From a virus (Duplodnaviria; Caudoviricetes), in IMG/VR virus record IMGVR_UViG_3300010348_002226, positions 5,484 through 69,483 of that record: DNA of 64,000 nucleotides, one strand, 5' to 3'. This document shows positions 53,579 to 62,955 of the stretch, one piece after another. Within the stretch, counting starts at the first letter, position 1. Each line of letters begins with the position of its first letter. A model generated the notes under the pieces. It made no database searches, was not told the DNA's origin, and saw nothing but the letters and a program-made list of their open reading frames with translations. Made by a program: the position numbers and the translations under genes.

Positions 53579-53983
53579 TCACGGCGGGTTGGCGAAGAAG
53601 ACCTGGTTGATCTCCGTGAGGTTGAGGTCGATGTGCCACCGGATCTCCGGTCCCTCGGTCGTCCAGAGGTACGACCGGTTCTCGGGATCCGCGGGATCGG
53701 CCGTGGCCTCCGCGAACGTCGCCTCGCGGATGTAGAGGTTGCCGCCCCCGACGAGCGGCAGCGCGAGGAAGTCGCCCTCGGCGACCGTCGTGAGGCCGTT
53801 CAGGTTGATCGCGAGGTTCGCGGGCGTGCCGCTCCACGTGACCTCGGGGTGCGAAGCCCCGATGAAACCCATGCGTGCGAGGTTCGCATCACCCGCGACC
53901 GGGGCGACGCGCGCGACGTTGGCGGGGTTCAGGAGGAAGGACGTACCGTTGACGTCGTTCGCTCCCCAGTTTGCGCTCGGCAT
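53579..53983 (-). CDS. Hypothetical structural protein
   Basis: SD AAGGAG; codon bias. Confidence 0.7.
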   Translation of the reverse strand: MPSANWGANDVNGTSFLLNPANVARVAPVAGDANLARMGFIGASHPEVTWSGTPANLAINLNGLTTVAEGDFLALPLVGGGNLYIREATFAEATADPADPENRSYLWTTEGPEIRWHIDLNLTEINQVFFANPP

Positions 53984-54011
53984 GTGCTTTCTCCTTCAGG
54001 GGCGCGCGAAA

Positions 54012-55400
54012 TCACGGCCCGACGATGTTGGTTCCGATGGTGGTTCCCGTACCGGTGTCGCTGTATGCACCGGTGATCCGATTGCTCGTGACGATCGTGT
54101 TCGTGACTGTTGCACCTGCAACGCTCAAGTTCCGACACGTGTTGCCGCTCATAATGGCCGAAGTCGCCGCGCCCGCCGCGCCCGCGGTAAGCGCAACGTC
54201 ACCCTTCGTGTAAACGCCCTCAACGGTGAAGCCGTCCACGCGCGTCCCCGCGGTGTTCGCGACCGTCATGGCCACGTTCCCGACACCCGCGCCACCATTC
54301 GACATGCGGAGATCGGACAGCAACAGGTCTTGCATGGTGAGCCCACTACCCACCGACCCAGCGAAAAGCGCATGCGAGGTGTTCGCTGTTGGGCTCGCGA
54401 TCGCGCGAACCCGCGATACGCGCGTGCCAAGGATCGTTGGCGTCGACGCTCCGGCGCCGCTCGCGGACACTGCTACCGCGTAGCCCGACACCGACAACGT
54501 GCCGCGCATGTCGTGGTCCACGTCGTCGATCAACGGACCCCGCACGGTACCGGTGATCGCCTGCGTCCCCGCCACGTTGCACGCGGAGTTGACACCCTGC
54601 GCGCGAAAACCACGGATCACCGTCGCGTAGATGTTCGTGAGGAAACCGACACCTGCAGCGCCACCGGTAGGGACGACGAAGCTGCAGTTGCGGACGACAT
54701 TCGGCGCCGACGGTTCGGTGTACGCCGCTGCCACGCTGTAGAGGAAGATCCCGTATGGAACACCGACGCCGAACGTCGTCAGGTTGGCGACGCGCATCGC
54801 GACGTTCTCCCACGTGACGCCGCCGATCACCGGAGCGCCTTGGTAGGAGAAGCAAATCTTCGTGGCATCGACCACCACGCCCGTGTTGTCGCCGAGCACC
54901 ACGTCGAGATTGCGATAGGTGCACCCTGCGCTAATGCCGATGGCGCCGCGCGCGTTCGCAACGTTGCCGGCAGCGGGATCACGGGCAATCACCGTCATGT
55001 CCGTGATCGTCACATCCGCGCCGGGGTCAAGCACCGTACCCGCCTGCGTTGTCGTAGCGACAGGACCCTTCAGAATCGTGCACCCAACGCCAGCACCCTG
55101 CAGGTTGCACCCCACAGGCGGAGTCAACGTGCTGCCCGACGTGTAGGTGCCCCGTCGTAGATAGACGTTCACACGGAGCGGTGCGAGCGCAGCAGCCGCC
55201 GCGAGCGCGGCCGCGATGCCCGTTCCGTCGCCGGGGTCGAGGTAGTTGCAGACCGAGGTCGTGTCGCCCGCGAGCGCGTTGCCGACGACGATCGCAGCTT
55301 CGTAGATGTCGGTCGTCGGTCCGCTGCTGCCGCCGCTGCCGTCGCCCGCGCCGTAGATCGGGACGACCGAGCCAATCGCTTCGCTGGGGGTATGCAGCAT
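54012..55400 (-). CDS. Spike with a pectate-lyase-like beta-helix (possible depolymerase)
   Basis: VYLRRGTY...LQGAGVGCTIL; G/T/V/N-rich repeats. Confidence 0.75.
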   Translation of the reverse strand: MLHTPSEAIGSVVPIYGAGDGSGGSSGPTTDIYEAAIVVGNALAGDTTSVCNYLDPGDGTGIAAALAAAAALAPLRVNVYLRRGTYTSGSTLTPPVGCNLQGAGVGCTILKGPVATTTQAGTVLDPGADVTITDMTVIARDPAAGNVANARGAIGISAGCTYRNLDVVLGDNTGVVVDATKICFSYQGAPVIGGVTWENVAMRVANLTTFGVGVPYGIFLYSVAAAYTEPSAPNVVRNCSFVVPTGGAAGVGFLTNIYATVIRGFRAQGVNSACNVAGTQAITGTVRGPLIDDVDHDMRGTLSVSGYAVAVSASGAGASTPTILGTRVSRVRAIASPTANTSHALFAGSVGSGLTMQDLLLSDLRMSNGGAGVGNVAMTVANTAGTRVDGFTVEGVYTKGDVALTAGAAGAATSAIMSGNTCRNLSVAGATVTNTIVTSNRITGAYSDTGTGTTIGTNIVGP

Positions 55401-55403
55401 GGC

Positions 55404-56174
55404 TCAGCGTTCCTTCTGCGCCCAGAGGCGGAAGACCTCGGGGCCGTTCTCGGGCGTGAGCACCGGCGTGTTCGTGTCGGCGCCGCGCTGGTCGTCGTAC
55501 TTCCCGTAGGCGAGTCGAAACCAATCGTAGGGCGACACGTCGAACACGAGCGTCGTCTCGACCTCGACGCGCTGCGGCACCGTCGTCGACGGGTACGGGA
55601 TGTTGAGCTGCGTCATGTAGACGTTGCGCGCGCCGTACTGGACGGGGAGGAGCGACGTCATGGGGTTCGTCACGGTCGGCGCGATGCCGCGGATCACCGG
55701 GTCGACGACCGAGATCGAGAACCACTGCTTCGGCGCCTGGCCGCCCTCGTAGTACGGAAGCGAGGAGTTCGGAATCGCCCACGGCGTCGCCTTGTCGTTC
55801 GCGACCTGCGGGATGAAGGCGAGGGCGTTCGTCGGGTCCGCCGGCGGCAGCGCGCCGACGACGTACGGGATCACGTACTGCACGAAGAACGTGAGCCGTC
55901 GGTAGCCTCGAACGTCGATCGCCTCCGTGAGGTTGAGCCCGGTCGCGAGCGTCTCGACGTACGCCGGAAGCACGTCCGTCACGAGGTACGGTTCGGTCGT
56001 CTCGTTCGGCACCATGACGAACGGGAAGCTCTCGTCGCCCGGAAGCGGCTTCGCGCCGGTCGGACTCTGATAGGCGACGACGAGGCCCGCGTTGCCGCTG
56101 TCCTCGCGCATCGCGCGTTCGCGCGCCTCCATGAGCGGCGTGTAGCCGGTGCCGCGACGTTCATCCCTGGGCAT
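55404..56174 (-). CDS. Putative vertex/spike-base protein
   Basis: Beta-rich; upstream of the spike genes. Confidence 0.6.
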   Translation of the reverse strand: MPRDERRGTGYTPLMEARERAMREDSGNAGLVVAYQSPTGAKPLPGDESFPFVMVPNETTEPYLVTDVLPAYVETLATGLNLTEAIDVRGYRRLTFFVQYVIPYVVGALPPADPTNALAFIPQVANDKATPWAIPNSSLPYYEGGQAPKQWFSISVVDPVIRGIAPTVTNPMTSLLPVQYGARNVYMTQLNIPYPSTTVPQRVEVETTLVFDVSPYDWFRLAYGKYDDQRGADTNTPVLTPENGPEVFRLWAQKER

Positions 56175-56445
56175 GGTTCTTCCCCTGCGCCTGCTCGGCG
56201 GCTTCACGCGCGATGCCGACAACGCTCTGCAACTGCGAGAGCATGCCGGGGTAGCGCTTGTTCACGAACGCGGTCAGGCCGAGACCGACGAAGTTGGCGA
56301 CGGCCTTCGCGCCAGCCTGGACCTTCGGCAAGCACACGTTGCAAATGACCACCTGGTGCTTGCCCGCGCGAACCGTCTTCGCGTCGTCGGTGTCGTACAC
56401 CACGTGTCCGCACGTGCACGTGTACGGCTGCGCGAGCTTGCTCAT
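56161..56445 (-). CDS. Small Zn-ribbon plus amphipathic protein
   Basis: CTCG, CNVC. Confidence 0.65.
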   Translation of the reverse strand: MSKLAQPYTCTCGHVVYDTDDAKTVRAGKHQVVICNVCLPKVQAGAKAVANFVGLGLTAFVNKRYPGMLSQLQSVVGIAREAAEQAQGKNHAQG

Positions 56446-56624
56446 CCGCCGCCTCCGGTCGCGACCTTCGCCGCATGCATGCGCGCCTTGACGGCACACG
56501 GCGTACACGATGGGCCCTTGGCCTTCTTCCCCTTCTTCGGGGCGGGCTGGCCGTACTGCTCGGCCGCCGTGACTCCGGTGTTCACGACGGTCTCCAGAAG
56601 GGCGGTGAAGAAGTTGCTCGGCAT
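56442..56624 (-). CDS. Small CxxC protein
   Basis: CTPC; overlapping genes. Confidence 0.6.
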   Translation of the reverse strand: MPSNFFTALLETVVNTGVTAAEQYGQPAPKKGKKAKGPSCTPCAVKARMHAAKVATGGGG

Positions 56625-56627
56625 GGT

Positions 56628-57026
56628 CTACCTCCGACGGACCATCATACCCCCGATTCCGAGCCCGACGAGACCGAGCAGGCCGAAGCCCACGCGGTAG
56701 GTCGTGGAGTCGAGGGACTTGCCCCAGATGCCCACGAGGCCCGCCGTGACGCCGCCCTGGAGCAGCGCGCCAGCCGTGGCGGACCGCGCGGTCCGGCCGA
56801 CGGCGTACGCGACGCTGCCGCCGAGGAGCGCGGCGCCGATGACCGTCAGGCCGTAGGCGGGCGCGGGCGAGAGCGCCCCGAGCCCGGCGTTCGGGTCGAG
56901 GTGCGGGAAGACGCCCTGGATCGACGGGATCCCGGGGCCGGTGATCGGGGCGACCGCGGCGATACCTGCCGTCCCCGAGGCGCGGGCTGCCGCCTGCTCG
57001 AAAGCCCGTTCGGCGTCGCTCTTCAT
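56628..57026 (-). CDS. Multi-TM virion membrane protein
   Basis: Three hydrophobic helices; ends RRR. Confidence 0.7.
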   Translation of the reverse strand: MKSDAERAFEQAAARASGTAGIAAVAPITGPGIPSIQGVFPHLDPNAGLGALSPAPAYGLTVIGAALLGGSVAYAVGRTARSATAGALLQGGVTAGLVGIWGKSLDSTTYRVGFGLLGLVGLGIGGMMVRRR

Positions 57027-57991
57027 GCGTCGACCTCCAGCATGTACTTGCTCGGCGTCGCGTCGTTCAGGCTCGCGAGTCGCCGCACCCGACCGAGGCC
57101 GTTCATCGACGACTTCGGCTTGTAGAACGTCTTGTACGTCCACCACCCTGCCGCTCCCACGCCGAGGAGAACCACGGCGAGCCCGATGTACCAGATGGCG
57201 CCCTTGCCGGGCGCGGTGTTCGCGAAGAACCGCGTCACTTCCGTCGTCGAGAACGCCTGGTTCACGACCGCGGCGCACTGCGCAGGCGTGCCCCCCTGGG
57301 CAACGCACTGGTCGTAGACTTGCCGCCGATCGTGAAGGATCTGCTCCAGCGCGCGACTCTGTGCCCACGTCACGTACGCCTGCGACAAAGCACTCGTCAA
57401 CGCATCGATGAAGTAGATGTCAGCGATCACGACCGCGGTTACCGCCAGGATGATGCCGCCGATGAGCACGAACTGCGCGACGCCGAGTCCGTTCGTGCCA
57501 CCACCCGTCTGTACGGCAGGCACGTTCCTCGGCGTCTCAGGGCGCACGGACGGCAGCCACGTCGGCCACGGCACCCGCGCCATGAGCTGGTCGCCGGCGA
57601 AGCGCCCGACGGAACCGTAAAGCGCCTTCCGTAGCGCACGATGGTACGCAACTTGTGTGTTGTGAACCTGGTGCCGAAAAGTGTCGTACTTCGGGTAGTC
57701 GGCCGCCGCCACCTGCCCGACGTTGTGCTGGCGGATGAAAGCGTTGGCCGTCACCACGGCGGCACCCTCGACGACCATGAGCTGCTGAACAGCATCCCGC
57801 ACCGTCTGCACCCGATCGAGCACCTGCTGCGGGAGGAGGACCATCATCAGCGGGTCGCGCTGCGCGGCCTTCTGGTAGGCGATCTCCCCGGGCGTGGGCG
57901 CGATCGACGTCTGCGACTGCACCGCCGCGTCCGGGTTGATCGACGCGAAGCCCTGCCCGAATGCCCGCGCGTTGTAGTAGTTGCCGCCCAT
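57023..57991 (-). CDS. Virion membrane protein with GLG motifs
   Basis: Two TMs; TNGLG, MNGLG. Confidence 0.75.
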   Translation of the reverse strand: MGGNYYNARAFGQGFASINPDAAVQSQTSIAPTPGEIAYQKAAQRDPLMMVLLPQQVLDRVQTVRDAVQQLMVVEGAAVVTANAFIRQHNVGQVAAADYPKYDTFRHQVHNTQVAYHRALRKALYGSVGRFAGDQLMARVPWPTWLPSVRPETPRNVPAVQTGGGTNGLGVAQFVLIGGIILAVTAVVIADIYFIDALTSALSQAYVTWAQSRALEQILHDRRQVYDQCVAQGGTPAQCAAVVNQAFSTTEVTRFFANTAPGKGAIWYIGLAVVLLGVGAAGWWTYKTFYKPKSSMNGLGRVRRLASLNDATPSKYMLEVDA

Positions 57992-58117
57992 CGCTCACCT
58001 CGGGTGTGGCGGCCTGCGGCCGCCTGGGGTATGTTGGTGGGGCGCTTGCGCAACCACCAGCGGGTCCCTCGGGGCCCCCGAGGGGCGGGAGAGGGAAACC
58101 TCCCCGCTCTTCGTCTT

Positions 58118-58447
58118 TCAGCCGGCGTCGACCGCCGCGTAGAACTCCGTGATGACCGACGTGTGCGCGACGCCCACGTCCGCCTGCGCCGCCATCCGCT
58201 GCTCGGGTGCGAGCCAGAACTCGATGACCTGCCCCGGGTAGATCGGCGCCTGCGAGTAGGGCCGGCTCGTCATCAGGTCGAGGTCGCTCGGGTCGATCGC
58301 TGCGAAGACCTGCGGGGCCTGCGGGACGATGAACTGCACCTTCCGCAGCCGGGCGTCGCCGTCGGGGAGCGGGTCGACGACGACCTGAAGCTCCTGCGAG
58401 AGCGTCTTCCGTTCGAGCGTGGAGTGCAGGAACTTGAGGCCGTGCAT
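58118..58447 (-). CDS. Small beta-rich structural protein
   Basis: 109 aa; directly after the capsid-like genes. Confidence 0.65.
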   Translation of the reverse strand: MHGLKFLHSTLERKTLSQELQVVVDPLPDGDARLRKVQFIVPQAPQVFAAIDPSDLDLMTSRPYSQAPIYPGQVIEFWLAPEQRMAAQADVGVAHTSVITEFYAAVDAG

Positions 58448-59457
58448 CAGGTCACCATGACGTAGCCGGCGAAGCCGACGGCTGCGGGGAAGGTGTTCGT
58501 GTTCGAGGCGCCCTTCACGCGGAGCAGCTCGCCCGGTTCGAGCGTGAGGCCGTCACCCGGGAACTGGTGGACGACCGCGTTGTTGACGTCCGTGCCGAGC
58601 AGGCAGAGCGGCATGCGGTAGATCGCCTCGGGGTAGACCGGGCCGCGGAACCACCACGCCTGCGTGCCGTTGCCGTTCTGGCGCACGCCGATCCGGAAGA
58701 GCCGCGCGTCCGCGAGACTCGTTCCCGTCGGCGCGTTCGTCTGCCCCTCGCCCGGAGTGAAGAGCCCCGTCTTCGCGGCCATCACCGTCATCTCGGTGAT
58801 GATCACGGGCTCGTTGCCCGTGTTCTGGAGCTGCGAGGGGTCGACGACCCAGATCGCACCAGCCCGCGTCGCCTCACCCGAGTAGAGGTACGGCCGGCCC
58901 GACTTGAAGCCGAGGCCGGTGAACTGGACCGTGATCACGGCCGCCGCGTCGCTCACGCCCGTCGTCGAGAGGCTGTAGGGCGGCCACTGCACCGACGAGA
59001 AGTCGTACGGGCTGTCCAGCTCGACGCGGAGCGAGTCGCGCGAGGAGAGCACGAGCGGCTGCGCGAAGCGGTGCGTCACGATGCCGTTGTTCATGCTCGT
59101 CGGCGGCGCGACGACCTTGTTCTGCCACGCGGGCCCACGAATGAGCCGCTCGTTCATGTAGAACTCGCCGTAGCGCTCGACGCGGAAGAACATGTCCTGA
59201 ATCGCCGCCTGCGACGGCCACTTCAGCGTGTTCTGGTCCGACATGATCGGCATCGGTGCGGCGATCATGTGCGTGAGCCGCACGGGGAACTGCTCGCCGT
59301 TCTTGTAGGCGTCGGAGTCGGAGTTGCCGATCTCCTGCCCCACCGCGGTCGCCACCGTCGGGAAGTCGAGGACGTCGTAGTAGAAGCGCGGCTCGACGAG
59401 GACGCCTTCGCCTCGGTTGCGGGACGCGAACTGGACGAGATCGTTGTAGCTGGGCAT
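58447..59457 (-). CDS. Putative double jelly-roll-like capsid-associated protein
   Basis: Internal duplication: FPVRLTHM/EPVIITEM, PLVLSSRDSLRV/LTLEPGELLRV, FTG/FAG. Confidence 0.55.
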   Translation of the reverse strand: MPSYNDLVQFASRNRGEGVLVEPRFYYDVLDFPTVATAVGQEIGNSDSDAYKNGEQFPVRLTHMIAAPMPIMSDQNTLKWPSQAAIQDMFFRVERYGEFYMNERLIRGPAWQNKVVAPPTSMNNGIVTHRFAQPLVLSSRDSLRVELDSPYDFSSVQWPPYSLSTTGVSDAAAVITVQFTGLGFKSGRPYLYSGEATRAGAIWVVDPSQLQNTGNEPVIITEMTVMAAKTGLFTPGEGQTNAPTGTSLADARLFRIGVRQNGNGTQAWWFRGPVYPEAIYRMPLCLLGTDVNNAVVHQFPGDGLTLEPGELLRVKGASNTNTFPAAVGFAGYVMVT

Positions 59458-59460
59458 GGA

Positions 59461-60654
59461 TCAGGCCTCGACGACGGCGTAGCCGGTGAAGGAGAGGTAG
59501 ACGATCGCTTGCGGGCGCACGATCTGCTCGTCCGGCGTGACCGTCGGCAGCGCGATGTCGTGCAGCGAAAGGTTCGGCAGCGTGACGCGCAACCCCTCGT
59601 TCGGCTGCAGCGTGATCGGGCGCGCGAGGTCGGAGACGAGGCCCGGCGTCTGCGTCGGGCACGCCGCCGCGAGCGGGAGCCCGTCGCGCCACCAGTAGGC
59701 GCTCGTGCCGCCGTTGCGCGAGCGCACGCGCCCGAGCGTGGTGCAGAGGAGCGAACCCGTGAGCGGGCTGCCCTGCGTGTAGAGGACTTCGTCGTCGAAC
59801 GCGCGCTGGTCGATCGTCCAGCCGAAACCGCGGAGCTGCGTCGGCATGACGAAGGTCGACTTCTGGTCGACCATCTGCTTCGCGGTGAACGTCAGCGACG
59901 GCGGGTACACCTGCGTCTCCGTGCCGTCCGAGAAACCCTGGAACGGCCCGTCGGGGAAGCTGCCTTCCCCGCTGCCCGTGGGCCCGAAGAGGTTCTGGTA
60001 GCGCAGGTTCGCCGCCGCGTTCGTGAGCTGCGGCATCACGGATCGCTGCTTCACGTACGCCGAGCCCGGGAAGTTCGCACCTTCGCCGGGTGCCGCGGCG
60101 AAGAAGTTCGTATCGATCTCCACCGGCGTCGCGCTCGTCGGCACGCGCGTCGGCACGCGCCCCGAGAGCGTGACCTCCATCAGCGCCGCCGGCGGCAGCA
60201 CGCACGGATGGTCGAAGTCCCAGCGCACGGTGTTCTGCACGTCCCGCGTGCGCGTGTTCGGCGTGAGCGAGAGCGTGGTGCCCATCGACATGAGCGCCGG
60301 TGCGTCGTTCATGTAGTCGAGCGGCTCGCGCGCCGTCGCCATCGAGCGCGCCGCGAACGCCGGCGCGATCTCGCCGAGCGAGTAGCGAAGGCCACCCGAG
60401 AGACCGATCTCGATCGGGAGCTTGTCGAGGAAGTGCGCCGCCGACTCCGGGTAGCCGACGGGGTGCATCGCGAGCGCGATCGCCTTCGTCAGCACGATCG
60501 GCCAGCGACTTCCGTTGTAGAAATCGTCGCGACCAGGGGACAAGAGACGCGTCGCGCCATCGTCGTCGCGGTAGAGCCCGATCGCGCCCCAGAGCACGCG
60601 TGGCTCGTAGTAGAAGTCGGGCTTGAAGACGGTCAGGTCGTGGGCGTCGCGCAT
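59461..60654 (-). CDS. Putative double jelly-roll-like capsid-associated protein (paralog)
   Basis: WPIVLTK, PCVLPPAALMEV, PITLQPNEGLRV, FTGY. Confidence 0.55.
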   Translation of the reverse strand: MRDAHDLTVFKPDFYYEPRVLWGAIGLYRDDDGATRLLSPGRDDFYNGSRWPIVLTKAIALAMHPVGYPESAAHFLDKLPIEIGLSGGLRYSLGEIAPAFAARSMATAREPLDYMNDAPALMSMGTTLSLTPNTRTRDVQNTVRWDFDHPCVLPPAALMEVTLSGRVPTRVPTSATPVEIDTNFFAAAPGEGANFPGSAYVKQRSVMPQLTNAAANLRYQNLFGPTGSGEGSFPDGPFQGFSDGTETQVYPPSLTFTAKQMVDQKSTFVMPTQLRGFGWTIDQRAFDDEVLYTQGSPLTGSLLCTTLGRVRSRNGGTSAYWWRDGLPLAAACPTQTPGLVSDLARPITLQPNEGLRVTLPNLSLHDIALPTVTPDEQIVRPQAIVYLSFTGYAVVEA

Positions 60655-60678
60655 GGGGGAATCCTAGCCTGAAACGGA

Positions 60679-60716
60679 AACGCCCCTCAAGCCGTTGGCC
60701 CGGCTCAAGGGGCGTT
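60679..60716 (-). terminator. Terminator after the three small capsid-like genes
   Basis: AACGCCCCT...AGGGGCGTT stem, then T-rich on the minus strand. Confidence 0.65.
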
Positions 60717-60736
60717 CCAGGGGGTGCGCCCGTTGA

Positions 60737-61447
60737 TCAGGCGACCGGGCGGCGCTTCATGCCGTCGAGCCAGAGACGCAGGCGGATGTCCTGGTTCACG
60801 TCGGCGAGGGCGCCTTCGGGGGACGAGACCTTCACGTAGAACACGCGATCGGACTCGATGTAGACCGGGATCTCCCAGCGCCACTGGTTCGTCGAGGAGA
60901 CGCGACCGGCGGTGCCGTAGTCGGCCGCGCCGAGCGTGAGCGTCGGACCCGCCGCGACCGAGGCGATCGTGGTGCCGTGCACGACCGGACCCACCGACTG
61001 CGGGATCCGCGAGAAGGGCACGCGGGCCTGGGGCTTGTTCACGTTCGCGCCGACGAACAGCTCGAAGAGCAGCGAGCGCTGCATCGCGAGCAGGTTGTGG
61101 CGCGAGACCTGGGGCGCGCGTGCGGCGAGCACCGCGGCGTCGGCCGGGGCGATGCGGGGGTCGGCCGCAGCCGCCGAGAGACCGAAGGCCTCGTACGTCG
61201 CCGCGTAGATGACCAGGGCTTCGTCCTGGTTCGTGCGGTTGCGGACGGTGCTGTTGGTGTCGGCGTCGTCGGCCGTGCGCTTGGTGAGGCCCTCGGAGGG
61301 AACCTGCTGGCCCGCGATGTAGCTGAAGGCGCGCAGGTTGATCTTCGAGTAGGCCGCGAACTCGATCGTCGAGAACGAGGGCCAGTGGATCCACTCGTCG
61401 ATCTTGAGGTTCGTGCCGTCGGGGAGGCGGATTTCACGGATGGCCAT
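60737..61447 (-). CDS. Putative single jelly-roll major capsid protein 3
   Basis: LPDG..W..P..ST start; LDGMKRRPVA end. Confidence 0.6.
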   Translation of the reverse strand: MAIREIRLPDGTNLKIDEWIHWPSFSTIEFAAYSKINLRAFSYIAGQQVPSEGLTKRTADDADTNSTVRNRTNQDEALVIYAATYEAFGLSAAAADPRIAPADAAVLAARAPQVSRHNLLAMQRSLLFELFVGANVNKPQARVPFSRIPQSVGPVVHGTTIASVAAGPTLTLGAADYGTAGRVSSTNQWRWEIPVYIESDRVFYVKVSSPEGALADVNQDIRLRLWLDGMKRRPVA

Positions 61448-61465
61448 GTCGGTACTCCTGAATCC

Positions 61466-62161
61466 TCACGCCACCGGGCGCTTGTGGTAGCCGTGGAGGA
61501 AGGCGCGGAGCCGGATCCGCGAGTTCGACTGCGGGAGCGAGAGCCCGGCGACCTCGCCGCGCGGGGTGAGGTACCGCAGGCGGAAGGCCTCGCCGCCCTG
61601 GATGAAGAGCGGGCTCGCGAGATGCCGCAGGCCCTTGACCGACGTCGCGCCGTTGCTCGCCGCGATGTAGCCGTTGGCGAAGTCGCCGCCGACGCCCGAC
61701 GCCGTGCCCGACTCGATGCCCGAGCCGGCCGCCATGAAGGCGAGGGGAGCACGGATGTACTCCTTGACCGACGCGATCGAGATCGTGACGAGGAGGTCCC
61801 GCTGCATGCGGAGCATGTTCGAGAGCCCGACGTCCGGCGCGACGACGTTGTTGTCGTCGGTCGCGAAGATCGCGCCCGGAGGCGGAATCAGGTACGCCTC
61901 GACGCTGATGGCCTGGACGACCATCGCCTCGTTCTCCGGCAGACGACCGCCCTCGCCCTGCAGGTTCGTGTCGAGCAGCGTGGAGGTGCGCTGCGTCGCC
62001 GAACCGGGGACCGAGCCGCCGATGCCGTAGGTGAACGCCTCCTGGGTGACCAGGGGGCCGGCCTTGATCTCGACCGTGGACCAGATGGGCTCCGCCGTCG
62101 TCCAGTCCGCCGGGGTGACGGTCTGTCCGTTCGGGAGCCTGACCTTGAGAAGCTGCGACAT
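61466..62161 (-). CDS. Putative single jelly-roll major capsid protein 2
   Basis: LPNG..W..PIWST; LHGYHKRPVA end. Confidence 0.6.
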   Translation of the reverse strand: MSQLLKVRLPNGQTVTPADWTTAEPIWSTVEIKAGPLVTQEAFTYGIGGSVPGSATQRTSTLLDTNLQGEGGRLPENEAMVVQAISVEAYLIPPPGAIFATDDNNVVAPDVGLSNMLRMQRDLLVTISIASVKEYIRAPLAFMAAGSGIESGTASGVGGDFANGYIAASNGATSVKGLRHLASPLFIQGGEAFRLRYLTPRGEVAGLSLPQSNSRIRLRAFLHGYHKRPVA

Positions 62162-62182
62162 GGTGTTCTCCTGCTCCGTCGA

Positions 62183-62929
62183 TCAGGCGACCGGGCGCTT
62201 GTAGAGGCCGTCGAGCAGGACCCGGACCTGGAAGAGACGGTTCGTCTCCGCCACCTCGGGGGGCTCGCCGAGCACGTTCGACGCGAGGCCGATGTTGAGC
62301 GCCGCCCCGGACGGGTTGACGATCGCGACCTCGTACTTCTCCTGGCCGCCGATGTGGATCGGCACGGAGAGAGCGCGGACCGCCGACTGCCCGGGGAGGC
62401 CGGCCGTCGCGGGGATCGCGACCGTCGCGAGACCCGGGACCGACGCCTGCGCCATCGGGCCGAAGCCGGTGTTGTAGTAGCCGAGCGGCGCCTGGTGCTG
62501 CGTCTTCTGCGAGACGCGGATCTCCAGGAGCGCGAGGCGGAAGAGCGCCGCGAGCTGCCACATCATCGGCACGGGGTCGAGCGGGAGCCGCTCGGTCGCC
62601 GTGGTGGCGTCGGTGGGCGTCTGCGGATCCGTGCCGAGCGCGTTGTACTCGGGGCGGATCGCGTAGATCAGCATCTCCTCGGTCGACGCCATGGCACTCG
62701 GGGTCGCGATGTTCGTGTCGCGATCCGAAGCCGTGCGCTTCGCGGTGATGTTGTTCGACGCGCTCACCGAATCGCCGTTCGTGTAGTTGAACAGCGGGAT
62801 GCGCTCGTCGGTGGCACCCGTGAGGATGTCGCAGGTGGAGTAGAGCGGACGGTCGGTCCAGTCCACGAAGGCCACCTGCCGACCGTCCGGGAGGCGCATG
62901 GTGGTGATCTGGTTGATGGGCTGCTGCAT
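62183..62929 (-). CDS. Putative single jelly-roll major capsid protein 1
   Basis: LPDG..W..PLYST; LDGLYKRPVA end. Confidence 0.6.
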   Translation of the reverse strand: MQQPINQITTMRLPDGRQVAFVDWTDRPLYSTCDILTGATDERIPLFNYTNGDSVSASNNITAKRTASDRDTNIATPSAMASTEEMLIYAIRPEYNALGTDPQTPTDATTATERLPLDPVPMMWQLAALFRLALLEIRVSQKTQHQAPLGYYNTGFGPMAQASVPGLATVAIPATAGLPGQSAVRALSVPIHIGGQEKYEVAIVNPSGAALNIGLASNVLGEPPEVAETNRLFQVRVLLDGLYKRPVA

Positions 62930-62955
62930 GGCTGCTCCTCAGAGGGTCGGATCGA

